A stretch of DNA of 32,000 nt from Mucisphaera calidilacus (GCF_007748075.1 NZ_CP036280.1:1980001-2012000), one strand, 5' to 3'; counted from the stretch's first letter, positions 1-7,948 are shown. The notes: generated by a model from the sequence alone, not told the origin. A program made the numbers and translations.

Positions 1-2
1 AA

Positions 3-1088
3 GCGATGGTGGGGTTTGTCGCGAACGTCGGCTCGGCGGTCGGCCTGGGCATGCTCGGCGGCGCACTGATCATCGGCCTGCTCGGGCGTCGACGGGAGTC
101 GACGTGGACACTGACCGGCGCGACGACGCTGCTGGGCCTGGCGCTGATCGGTATCGCCACGGTTCCGTCGTACCTCGCCGCCGTGATGTTCGGCTTCCTG
201 GTGGGTTGCCTGGGCAACATCGCGATCGTAACGACGATCACGACGATCCAGTGCCTGTCGCCGAACTACATCCGCGGGCGTGTCATGGGCATCACCGCCC
301 TGTCGAACACGCTGATCAGCGTGCTGACCTATTTCAGCGTCTGGCGCGTGCCGAACGCCGACGTGATGATCGTGATCGCCGTCGGCTGCATGGGCGTGCT
401 GATGCTCATCGTCGGCGCGACCGGGTTCTGGCTGCACCTGATCCGGGGCCCGATCCCGGGCAACTACGTGGCGAACGGCTTCTGGCACTTCGTGCGCTGG
501 TACGTGCTGATCTACCACCGCTGCAGGTGGGTCGGCCGGCACCACATCCCGTCGCGGGGCAAGGCGATCCTCGCCTCGAACCACACGACGGGGCTTGACC
601 CGCTGGTCATGCAGGCGGGGAGCCTGCGCCCGATCCGCTGGCTGATGCTCACGAGCTACCTCTTCTGGCCGCTCAACCCGCTCTGGCGAGCCATCAGGCC
701 GATCGCGATGGAGTATGGCAGCAACAACACCTCGAAGATCCGCCGTCTCGTCGAAGTGCTCAACGACGAGGAGGACCTGGTCGGGATCTTCCCCGAGGGT
801 TCCCTGCAGCGCACGGAGCGCGAGCTGCTGCCGCTCCAGCCGGGGATCGTGACGATCGCGAAACGCACGGGGGCACCGATCGTTCCGGTGCACATCCACG
901 GGACACCCCTCAAGCACAGCATGCTGCTGCATTTCTTCTGGCCGGGGCGGGTGACCGTGGTCTTCGGCAGGCCCTGGCAGCCGGACCCGAGTCTCACGAA
1001 GCAGGCCTTCCTCGACGAACTGCGACGGCGGATGACCGAGTTGGAAGCACAGATAGCGGTCGCCCACACGCTGCCCTGCAACGGCTGA
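3..1088 (+). CDS. 5'-partial membrane protein: MFS-like transmembrane region fused to a PlsC-type (lysophospholipid/1-acyl-glycerol-3-phosphate) acyltransferase domain
   Basis: The frame is open to the window edge. The N-terminal ~150 aa are consecutive hydrophobic helices. The C-terminal half carries acyltransferase blocks NHTTGLDP (HX4D), FPEGS and a PIVPV-like block. Stop TGA at 1086-1088. Confidence 0.75.
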   Translation, partial: AMVGFVANVGSAVGLGMLGGALIIGLLGRRRESTWTLTGATTLLGLALIGIATVPSYLAAVMFGFLVGCLGNIAIVTTITTIQCLSPNYIRGRVMGITALSNTLISVLTYFSVWRVPNADVMIVIAVGCMGVLMLIVGATGFWLHLIRGPIPGNYVANGFWHFVRWYVLIYHRCRWVGRHHIPSRGKAILASNHTTGLDPLVMQAGSLRPIRWLMLTSYLFWPLNPLWRAIRPIAMEYGSNNTSKIRRLVEVLNDEEDLVGIFPEGSLQRTERELLPLQPGIVTIAKRTGAPIVPVHIHGTPLKHSMLLHFFWPGRVTVVFGRPWQPDPSLTKQAFLDELRRRMTELEAQIAVAHTLPCNG

Positions 1089-1160
1089 CACGACCCCGCC
1101 CGGGGCGGTAAGCTTTAGTTCAGTTTTGTTTTCGTTTTGGCGACCTTCCAGGAGCATCGC

Positions 1161-2189
1161 ATGGCACGTCCCGTCACCCTCTTCACCGGCCAGTGGGCCG
1201 ACCTGCCCTTCGAAACCATGTGCGAGAAGGCGTCGGAGTTCGGCTACGACGGCCTGGAACTCGCCTGCTGGGGCGACCACTTCGACGTCGTGCAGGCAGC
1301 GGCGAGCGACGAGTACTGCAAGGGCCGCTGGGAGGTCCTCGGCAGGCACGACCTGACGGCCTTCGCGGTCTCGAACCACCTCGTCGGCCAGGCGGTCTGC
1401 GATCACTGCGACGATCGGCACAAGGCGATCCTCCCCGAGGAGGTCTGGGGCGACGGCGAGGTCGAGGGTGTGCGTCAGCGAGCCGCCGAGCGGATGATCC
1501 TGACGGCGCAGGCCTGCCGGCGTTTCATCGACAACAAGCCGGGCGGCGCGGGGTCGTTCCCGGCGGTGGTGAACGGGTTCACGGGCTCGAGCATCTGGCA
1601 CGCGACCTACGCCTGGCCGCCCACGGATCAGGCCTACTGGGACAAGGGCTTCAAGGACTTTGGCGACCGCTGGACGCCGATCCTCGACGCCTACGAGAAG
1701 GCCGACGTCAACTTCGCGCTGGAGGTGCACCCGACGGAGATCGCGTTCGACATCGCCTCCGCGGAGCGGGCGATCGAGGCGGTCAAGGGTCACAAGCGTT
1801 TCGGGTTCAACTACGACCCTTCGCACCTTGGCTACCAGAGCGTGAACTACGTGCGTTTCATCCGCGACTTCGCCGACCGCATCTACCATGTGCACATGAA
1901 GGACGCGTGGTGGGGCCACGGCGACGGCACGGTCGGTGTCTTCGGCGGGCACACCAGCTTTGCCGACCCGCGCCGCTTCTGGGACTTCCGCTCGCTCGGG
2001 CATGGCGACGTCGACTTCGAGGAGATCATCGTCGCGCTCAACGACATCGGCTACGCCGGCCCGCTGTCGGTGGAGTGGGAGGACTCGCGGATGGATCGCG
2101 AGCACGGCGCGACCGAGTCCTGCGAGTTCGTGCGGAGCGTTGACTTCCCGTCGAGCAACCTGGCTTTTGATGCCCAGTTCGACCGCTGA
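1161..2189 (+). CDS. Xylose-isomerase-like TIM-barrel protein (sugar phosphate isomerase/epimerase family)
   Basis: ATG at 1161 is preceded by AGGAG 7 nt upstream; the track ORF begins at an upstream TTG at 1137. The N-terminus [42 protein letters not shown] and the later EVHPTE, HVHMKD and SVEWED motifs are typical of this fold family. Confidence 0.8.
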   Translation: MARPVTLFTGQWADLPFETMCEKASEFGYDGLELACWGDHFDVVQAAASDEYCKGRWEVLGRHDLTAFAVSNHLVGQAVCDHCDDRHKAILPEEVWGDGEVEGVRQRAAERMILTAQACRRFIDNKPGGAGSFPAVVNGFTGSSIWHATYAWPPTDQAYWDKGFKDFGDRWTPILDAYEKADVNFALEVHPTEIAFDIASAERAIEAVKGHKRFGFNYDPSHLGYQSVNYVRFIRDFADRIYHVHMKDAWWGHGDGTVGVFGGHTSFADPRRFWDFRSLGHGDVDFEEIIVALNDIGYAGPLSVEWEDSRMDREHGATESCEFVRSVDFPSSNLAFDAQFDR

Positions 2190-2201
2190 GGAACGCCGAA
2201 C

Positions 2202-2744
2202 GTGTTGACCTCCATGGCATATTGTCTGGCCCAGGCCGCGCCGGCGGCGGGCGCGAGCGGCAGCTCGAACAGCCTCCTCATCTGGGGCGTGCTGCTGATC
2301 GCGATCGGTTTTGCCATCGTCGTGCTGGAGTTCTTCGTGCCCTCGGCGGGTGTGCTGGCGGTGGTTGCGTCGGCCTGCATGGTGGTCGGGATCGTCTGCC
2401 TCTTCCTGCGGGACACGACCGCGGGCCTGATCGCCACGGTCCTGGTGCTCATCGCGATGCCCGTGGTCATCGGCTGGGGCGTGCGTCTGCTGCCCGAAAC
2501 GCCGATCTTCCGCTGGCTGACGCTCGATGCGCCCGCCTCAAAGAGCGAGGAAACCGAACACGCGTCGCTCGTGGGCCAGGAAGGGGTTGCCGTCAAGGAC
2601 CTGCACCCGATCGGCCCCTGCACGATCAACGGCAAGCGGATGGAGTGCCTGGCGCAGGGCGGCATGATCCAAGCGGGCAGCCGGGTGCGTGTCACCTCGG
2701 AAAGTGCTTTTGAGGTCAAGGTCAGGGCGATCGAGGAGGGGTAA
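2202..2744 (+). CDS. NfeD-like membrane protein (N-terminal TM helices plus C-terminal OB-fold-like domain)
   Basis: Three hydrophobic helices are followed by a soluble C-terminus (GQEGVAVKDLHPIGPCTINGKRMECLAQGGMIQAGSRVRV) that resembles the NfeD C-terminal domain. It starts 12 nt after the preceding stop. Start is ambiguous (GTG 2202 or ATG 2214). No SPFH/stomatin partner gene is in the window. Confidence 0.65.
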   Translation: MLTSMAYCLAQAAPAAGASGSSNSLLIWGVLLIAIGFAIVVLEFFVPSAGVLAVVASACMVVGIVCLFLRDTTAGLIATVLVLIAMPVVIGWGVRLLPETPIFRWLTLDAPASKSEETEHASLVGQEGVAVKDLHPIGPCTINGKRMECLAQGGMIQAGSRVRVTSESAFEVKVRAIEEG

Positions 2745-2750
2745 GGCGTT

Positions 2751-3020
2751 CTACTCGCCGGCGAGCGCTTCGACGCGTTCTTCGGCCGTCGCCAGTTCCT
2801 TGATGCGCACGCCGAAGTTCTCACCCACCTTGACCGCGACGCCCGCGCCAACATCCTTGTTGTTGATCAGCAGGTTCAGGGGGTCGTCGGCCGACTTTTC
2901 CAGCTCCAGGATCGCCCCCGGGCCGAGCGAGAGAATGTCGTCGAGCGGGAATTTGCGCTTCCCGATGCGCACGATGAAGGGCACGCGCAGCTTCAGCAGG
3001 GTTGTGACGTCGGTCGCCAT
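2751..3020 (-). CDS. FliN/SpoA-domain protein (flagellar motor switch / T3SS C-ring family), 89 aa, orphan
   Basis: The internal ATG at 3020 gives MATDVTTLLKLRVPFIVRIGKRKFPLDDILSLGPGAILELEKSADDPLNLLINNKDVGAGVAVKVGENFGVRIKEL. This matches the FliN C-terminal consensus pattern (L.V.L.VELGR..m....L..L..G.vieLd....epv.l.vN.k.ia.GevV.v...fGvrI.e). The longer track ORF (to 3398) overlaps trpE and is rejected. Confidence 0.75.
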   Translation of the reverse strand: MATDVTTLLKLRVPFIVRIGKRKFPLDDILSLGPGAILELEKSADDPLNLLINNKDVGAGVAVKVGENFGVRIKELATAEERVEALAGE

Positions 3021-3058
3021 AGGAACGTTATCGGCCCGATGCGTGGGATCTCTGGAAC

Positions 3059-4633
3059 TCACCCGCCAAACGCCTGCTCGGCAACGTCGATCGCCTTGGC
3101 GAGCGCTGCGGCCTTGTTCACCGTTTCCTGGTGCTCCGCGTCGGGATCGGAATCGGCCACGATACCGCCCCCGGCCTGCAGGTGGACGCGCCAGGTCCCG
3201 TCGGCTTCGCCCGGGAGGACAACCATGGTGCGCAGGGCGATCGCCATATCCATGTTCCCGAGCAGGTCGGCGTAGCCGACCGCGCCGGCGTAGGGGCCAC
3301 GCCGGGTCGGCTCGATCTCGTCGATGATCTGCATCGCACGGATCTTGGGGGCACCACTGACGGTGCCGACGGGCAGCGAGGTACGCAGGGCATCCCACGC
3401 GGTGAGTCCGTCGAGAAGCTCGCCCTCGACGGTCGAGCTGATGTGCATGACGTGGCTGTAACGCTCGACTTCCATCAGACGTGTGAGTTCGATCGACCCG
3501 GGTCGGGCGACACGGCCCACGTCGTTGCGGCCGAGGTCAACAAGCATGATGTGCTCGGCACGGTCCTTGGGATCATCCAGCAATTCGGCTTCGAGGGTCT
3601 TGTCCTCGTGGTCGTTGGCACCGCGTCGGCGGGTGCCGGCGAGCGGCCGGTTGATCAGCCGACCGTCGTGGACTCGGCAGAGGATCTCGGGACTCGATCC
3701 CACAAGCATCGCACCCTCGACCTGCACGTAGAACATGTAAGGCGAGGGGTTGACGACCCGCAGCGACCGGTAGATATCGAAGGGGTCGACCCTTGTCTGC
3801 CGCTCGAAACGCTGGCTGGGGACAACCTGAAACGCGTCGCCGGCGAGCACGTATTCCTTGATACGGTCGACGGCCTGCTGGTACCCCCCCTCGCCGAGCG
3901 TGGAGGTCGGCAGCGCGGAGGGAGGCGACTGGAGATCCAGCCCCGCCGCCGCGGCGGTCAGGGCATCGAAACCCTCGGGGTGCGGCGTGCACAAGCGATC
4001 GGCCAACGCACCAAGCGTCCTCACAGCCTGTTCGTAGGCGGCAGCGTCGTCCTGTGATGCATCGAGATCGACGTGCGTGATCAGCGAGATCGTCTTCTGG
4101 ACGTGATCGAAAGCAACTACGCTCAGATAAAGCTGCAGGTGCAGGTCGGGCAGGCCGCGGTCATCAGGCGGAGCGTCGTTGAGTTTCTCAGGCTCGGCGT
4201 AACGCACGGTGTCGTAGCCGGTGTAGCCGACCCAGCCGCCGGTGAACTCGGGCAACCCGGGTACCGGGTAACACCGCAAGCCCGCCGACGTCTCCGACAC
4301 CATGGCCAGAGGGTCCGCGCTCTCGAACGTCTCGTCGGCGAGGGTTCCCGGCCGGTGCGATCGCGTCTCGACGCGGTGGCCGTAGGCAAGAATCTCCGCC
4401 GCGGGCTGGGCGCCGAGATAGCTGTAGCGACCGACCTGTCCGCCATCGACCACCGACTCGAGCAGAAAGCTAGGGGCCATGCGCGGGTCCTCGGCGACGA
4501 GTCGTCGGTAGGCCATCACGGGCGTGAGCCAGTCGCTGAGCACGCGGATCGAGAGCGGCACGTAGCGACATCCCTCGGCACGAGCCAAACGTGACGCTTC
4601 CAGAAAGTCCTGATGCGTGGGCGTCGTCTGCAT
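3059..4633 (-). CDS. trpE: Anthranilate synthase component I
   Basis: The start is taken at MQTTPTHQDFLEASRLA (ATG 4633). The protein has full-length TrpE-like features: LSDWLTPVMAYRRL, LLESV, GDAFQVVPSQRF, NPSPYMFY, SPE, the chorismate-binding C-terminus GTVSGAPKIRAMQIIDEIE and GPYAGAVGY. The upstream 71 codons of the track ORF are Arg/Gly-rich and overlap the neighbouring gene. Confidence 0.93.
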   Translation of the reverse strand: MQTTPTHQDFLEASRLARAEGCRYVPLSIRVLSDWLTPVMAYRRLVAEDPRMAPSFLLESVVDGGQVGRYSYLGAQPAAEILAYGHRVETRSHRPGTLADETFESADPLAMVSETSAGLRCYPVPGLPEFTGGWVGYTGYDTVRYAEPEKLNDAPPDDRGLPDLHLQLYLSVVAFDHVQKTISLITHVDLDASQDDAAAYEQAVRTLGALADRLCTPHPEGFDALTAAAAGLDLQSPPSALPTSTLGEGGYQQAVDRIKEYVLAGDAFQVVPSQRFERQTRVDPFDIYRSLRVVNPSPYMFYVQVEGAMLVGSSPEILCRVHDGRLINRPLAGTRRRGANDHEDKTLEAELLDDPKDRAEHIMLVDLGRNDVGRVARPGSIELTRLMEVERYSHVMHISSTVEGELLDGLTAWDALRTSLPVGTVSGAPKIRAMQIIDEIEPTRRGPYAGAVGYADLLGNMDMAIALRTMVVLPGEADGTWRVHLQAGGGIVADSDPDAEHQETVNKAAALAKAIDVAEQAFGG

Positions 4634-4638
4634 GATGC

Positions 4639-5034
4639 TCAACCCGCCGAATCCTCGCGCACATCCACCGGACGCCCGTGCTCGTCGAGCGACGCCTCCA
4701 GCCCGGCCTGCTTGCGTTCGGCGTAGATCCGCATCCAGTTCTCCCAGCTCCGGCCGGTAGCCGGGTCTCGACCGGTGAAGACGACTTCGGTGATGTCGTC
4801 GTAGGCAACCGCCGTCAGCGAGCCGTCCTCGGCCATGACGCGGCAACGCCGATCATCACGCACACGGTCGAAGAGATAGCCCTCGACAGTCTTCCCGCCA
4901 AGCAGCGTCAGCGTTACGTCGCCTCGGTAATCGAAGGCCTGATCGATGGCGTCGGCGCGTTCGGCATCGGTCGTGGGCCTGAACGCGGTGCCCTGCAGGC
5001 CGGGGTTCTCGGGTGGGGTCGGCTCCTTTGTCAT
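4639..5034 (-). CDS. Hypothetical 131-aa protein, unrecognised family; 5 nt upstream of trpE
   Basis: Amino-acid composition is normal and third codon positions are G/C-rich in this frame. Its stop (4639-4641) lies 5 nt before the trpE ATG. The opposite-strand ORF 4678..5043 is a shadow. I recognise no motif. Confidence 0.6.
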   Translation of the reverse strand: MTKEPTPPENPGLQGTAFRPTTDAERADAIDQAFDYRGDVTLTLLGGKTVEGYLFDRVRDDRRCRVMAEDGSLTAVAYDDITEVVFTGRDPATGRSWENWMRIYAERKQAGLEASLDEHGRPVDVREDSAG

Positions 5035-5130
5035 AGGCTCTAGCGTACCCTATGAGGGGCCGGGCCGGATGATGCGGACGTTCCACAGCCATCGTCCCGG
5101 CGTCAGCGTCTACGCATCGGAGCGTCAAGG

Positions 5131-6666
5131 ATGAACATCGAGAAGTTCCTCGGGCACCACGGCGTAAGCACCAACCCCTTTGCCGCCGAAGAGGCCAGCC
5201 TCGACCCGGTCTTCGACCGCATGCTCGACGGACCCGCCATGCACCCCGACTTCGCCAAGGTGCTCGGCCGCATCGACCGTCCCAGCGGCGCCGTCGTCTT
5301 CGGCGAGAAGGGCAGCGGCAAGACGGCCATGCGTCTCATGACCGAGCGTCACGTCGCCCGGCACAACGAGGAGAACCCCGAGAGCCGGATCCTCATCGTC
5401 CCCTACGACGACCTCAATCCGGTTCTCGACCGCATGACCCGCTGGTTCCGTGGCGACGAACTGGTCATGCTCGATCACTTCGGGCTGGCCGATCATCAGG
5501 ACGCCATCCTCAGCCGGGCCGTCACGCGGCTGATCGACGGCCTGCTCGACGACGACCCCGAAACCGTCACCACTCCCCTGCCGCAGGATGCCTGGCAGCG
5601 ACTGCGCCGACTCCGACGCGACCAGCGCATCGATTTTCTGGCACTCGCTGCCTTCTACGACCAGCCCGTCAACGGCTCGATGATGGCTCGCTGGCAGCGG
5701 CTCAAGCAGAAGCTGCGCACCGGCTGGCGGCTCCCGCACCAGGTCATTCTGCAGGGGGCGATCCTGCTCTCGCTGCTCGGCGCCGGCCTCGCCGCCACGC
5801 TCGGCCTCGAACTCGGCGTCGCCTTCTACCTCACACCCGCCGCGGGGATCACGCTCGGCGGCGCGATCGCCCTCTGGGTCTGGTGGTGCTGGTCACGCTG
5901 GACGCTCTGGTCCCGCTGCAAGCAGCTCATCCGCGAGCTGCGCCCCATCGACCGGACCGTCGAAGAGATGATGAGCATGCTCGGGCAGATCGGCGCAGTC
6001 GACCTCGCGCGGCAGCCGCTACCCGTCTCGGGCAAGCAGGCCGACGAGAGCAAGCCCGCCGACGACGGACGCTACCGCCTCACCCAGCGGCTCATCGAGG
6101 TGCTCGGCGTCCTGGGCTACACCGGCGTCATGGTCATCATGGACCGCGTGGACGAGCCGACCATCATCAGCGGCAACCCCACACGCATGCGCCCGCTCAT
6201 CTGGCCGCTCTTCGACAACAAGTTCTTCCAGCAGCCGGGCGTCGGCATCAAGCTGCTGCTGCCCATCGAGCTGCGGCACCTGCTCTACAAAGAATCGCCT
6301 GAGTTCTTCCAGAGTGCACGACTGGACAAGCAGAGCCTGATCGACCGCCTCTCCTGGTCGGGCGCGACGCTCTATGACCTTTGTTCAAGCCGACTGCGCG
6401 CCTGCCGTCAGAGCTCAAACACCGAGTTCTACCTGACCGACCTCTTCGCCGAGGACGTCACCACGCCCCTGCTGGTTGACGCTCTTGATCAGATGCACCA
6501 GCCACGCGACGCCTTCAAGTTCGTCTACAACGTGATCCAGGAGCACTGCAGGATCATCCCCGAGGACGAGGAGAATTATCAGATCGCCCGGCTCACGCTG
6601 GACAACGTTCGTCAGCGGCAGGCCCAGCGTGTCCAGGACCTCTACCGGGGTTTGAGCCCGGGATAA
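5131..6666 (+). CDS. P-loop NTPase with an inserted two-helix membrane hairpin (KAP-like architecture); function unknown
   Basis: Walker A GEKGSGKT (aa 58-65, nt 5302-5325). Hydrophobic helices at aa ~204-226 and ~229-255 (nt 5740-5895) end in the Trp-rich WVWWCWSRWTLW. Walker B-like VMVIMDRVDE (aa 333-342, nt 6127-6156). The N-terminal F.G....NPF motif resembles ExeA-type ATPases. Confidence 0.75.
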   Translation: MNIEKFLGHHGVSTNPFAAEEASLDPVFDRMLDGPAMHPDFAKVLGRIDRPSGAVVFGEKGSGKTAMRLMTERHVARHNEENPESRILIVPYDDLNPVLDRMTRWFRGDELVMLDHFGLADHQDAILSRAVTRLIDGLLDDDPETVTTPLPQDAWQRLRRLRRDQRIDFLALAAFYDQPVNGSMMARWQRLKQKLRTGWRLPHQVILQGAILLSLLGAGLAATLGLELGVAFYLTPAAGITLGGAIALWVWWCWSRWTLWSRCKQLIRELRPIDRTVEEMMSMLGQIGAVDLARQPLPVSGKQADESKPADDGRYRLTQRLIEVLGVLGYTGVMVIMDRVDEPTIISGNPTRMRPLIWPLFDNKFFQQPGVGIKLLLPIELRHLLYKESPEFFQSARLDKQSLIDRLSWSGATLYDLCSSRLRACRQSSNTEFYLTDLFAEDVTTPLLVDALDQMHQPRDAFKFVYNVIQEHCRIIPEDEENYQIARLTLDNVRQRQAQRVQDLYRGLSPG

Positions 6667-7003
6667 AAGGCATTAGCCTATTTTCTTCAAGCGACAGGTC
6701 CGATCACGTCGATTGACGCCTTATGCTGAGGAAATCTCCGATAAGTCCCGCCCTCACAGCAGACTGGACACACCCGATGTTTTTGTCTAGTCTTTTTGGC
6801 GGAGGGAAGCATCGGCCTGCCGGGCCAGGTACGCCTGCCCGAGTGATGAGTCCTGAACCCACGCCCATGCCCAACACCTTGACCCCTACAAAACCATTCC
6901 CGACGTCTGAGTAGACGTTCACCAGCATCGTGTTCGGGTTGTCGTGTCGGCACCCGAAGGCCTTTGCAATGTTGACTCTCTGCGAAATAAGGAGCGAATT
7001 ACG

Positions 7004-7873
7004 ATGTCAACGATCAAGAACCTGACGACGGCCGGTCTGGCTGCCAGCGCACTGGCCCTCGGACTGACCACCTCGACCGCGATGGCCCAGGAAGAGGGCC
7101 CCGCGATCAACACCGGCGCCATCAGCCTGGAAGCCTCCATCGACTTCACGCACGCCTACTTCTACCGCGGCATCGCCCAGGAGAACTCCGGCTTCATCAT
7201 CCAGCCCGGCCTCGAGGTCGGCATCGCTCTCTATGAGAACGACAGCATGGCCGTCTCCGGCTACGTCGGCACGTGGAACAGCTTCCACACCAACGACTCG
7301 GCCACCGGCGGCGATCCCTGGTACGAGCAGGACGTCTACGTCGGCCTGACCTTCGACATCCCCGCGGGTGTCTCGATCGACCTGGCCTACGTCAACCTCT
7401 ACGCCCCCAACGCCGGCGCCAGCTTCGCTGAGGAAATCAACGTCACCGTCAGCTTCGACGACAGCGAGCTGCTCGGCGACCTCGCCCTCAACCCCTACGT
7501 CCTCATGTCCTTCGAGATCGACGGCGCATCGGACGGCGATGGCGACAGCGGCATCTACCTCGAAATCGGCACTGACTTCGCCCTCGAAGTCCTGCAGAGT
7601 GAAGACTACCCCATCACCGTCTCCGTGCCCGTCGCCGTCGGCTTCGGCGTCAGCGACTACTACGGCGGCCGTGACGGCCTCGGCTTCGTCAGCGTTGCCG
7701 TCGTCGGCGAGACCCCGCTGAGCTTCATCCCCGCCGAGTACGGCGAGTGGTCGGCCAGCGCCGGCCTCGAACTGCTCTTCATGACCATGCGTGCCAACGA
7801 CTTGGGCGCGGGCGTCATCGGCAGCAGCGACCTCCAGCCGATCCTCAAGGCCGGCATCAGCCTCAGCTACTGA
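7004..7873 (+). CDS. Secreted beta-barrel outer-membrane protein, TorF/Gcw_chp-like putative porin
   Basis: AAGGAG lies 10 nt upstream of the ATG at 7004. The signal peptide MSTIKNLTTAGLAASALALGLTTSTAMA|QEE has an AxA cleavage site. THAYFYRGIAQEN...IIQPGLEV...GTWNS resembles the SDYvFRGisQt...iQgg.dy...GtWaS signature of that family. Polar and apolar residues alternate, and the C-terminus is aromatic (GISLSY). Confidence 0.7.
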   Translation: MSTIKNLTTAGLAASALALGLTTSTAMAQEEGPAINTGAISLEASIDFTHAYFYRGIAQENSGFIIQPGLEVGIALYENDSMAVSGYVGTWNSFHTNDSATGGDPWYEQDVYVGLTFDIPAGVSIDLAYVNLYAPNAGASFAEEINVTVSFDDSELLGDLALNPYVLMSFEIDGASDGDGDSGIYLEIGTDFALEVLQSEDYPITVSVPVAVGFGVSDYYGGRDGLGFVSVAVVGETPLSFIPAEYGEWSASAGLELLFMTMRANDLGAGVIGSSDLQPILKAGISLSY

Positions 7874-7900
7874 TCTGTAGCTCAGACTGCCAGACACACA

Positions 7901-7938
7901 CAAGACCCCGGTCACGCGACCGGGGTCTTGTTCTTTTT
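7901..7938 (+). terminator. Rho-independent terminator between convergent genes
   Basis: There is a perfect 13-bp stem, caagaccccggtc (7901-7913) with gaccggggtcttg (7918-7930), and a 4-nt loop acgc. It is followed by ttcttttt. On the minus strand the same hairpin follows the desulfurase stop but has only a GU-rich tail. Confidence 0.75.
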
Positions 7939-7948
7939 CAGCTTCGAG

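Noticed and set aside
1096-1140. Hairpin ccgcc-cgg-ggcgg followed by T-rich sequence after the acyltransferase gene, a possible terminator.
   Set aside because: The stem is only 5 bp with a 3-nt loop, and the T-rich runs are interrupted and not adjacent to it. This is too weak to annotate. The T-rich stretch may instead belong to the promoter region of the next gene.
2754-2765. Perfect 12-nt palindrome ctcgccggcgag at the junction of the convergent NfeD-like and FliN-like genes, a possible protein-binding site or terminator.
   Set aside because: It lies within the last codons of the FliN-like ORF (LAGE). It has no loop and no T-tract, and such short GC palindromes are expected by chance in this composition.
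4639-5034. Possible trp leader peptide or attenuator upstream of trpE; the ORF contains SWENW.
   Set aside because: At 131 aa it is far too long for a leader peptide. There are no tandem Trp codons and no terminator/antiterminator structure in the 5-nt gap.
5389-5412. ILIVPYDD (aa 87-94) as the Walker B motif of the P-loop protein, which would make the NTPase domain N-terminal and uninterrupted.
   Set aside because: It lies only ~22 residues after Walker A, which is too close for the intervening helix and strands of a P-loop core. VMVIMDRVDE at aa 333-342 is a better hhhhD..DE match. This remains an alternative that a structure prediction would settle.
6723-6914. Small ORFs in the 337-nt intergenic region: 63 aa on the plus strand, 88 and 74 aa on the minus strand.
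   Set aside because: They have Pro/Thr/Arg-rich composition, no Shine-Dalgarno sequence and no codon-position G+C pattern like neighbouring genes, and they overlap one another.
7007-7915. A 302-aa minus-strand ORF antisense to the porin-like gene. It is Asp/Ala/Gly/Val-rich and could be mistaken for a repeat protein.
   Set aside because: The plus-strand frame has a Shine-Dalgarno sequence, signal peptide, family motifs, C-terminal aromatic residue and its own terminator. The minus-strand frame has none of these and would run through that terminator.
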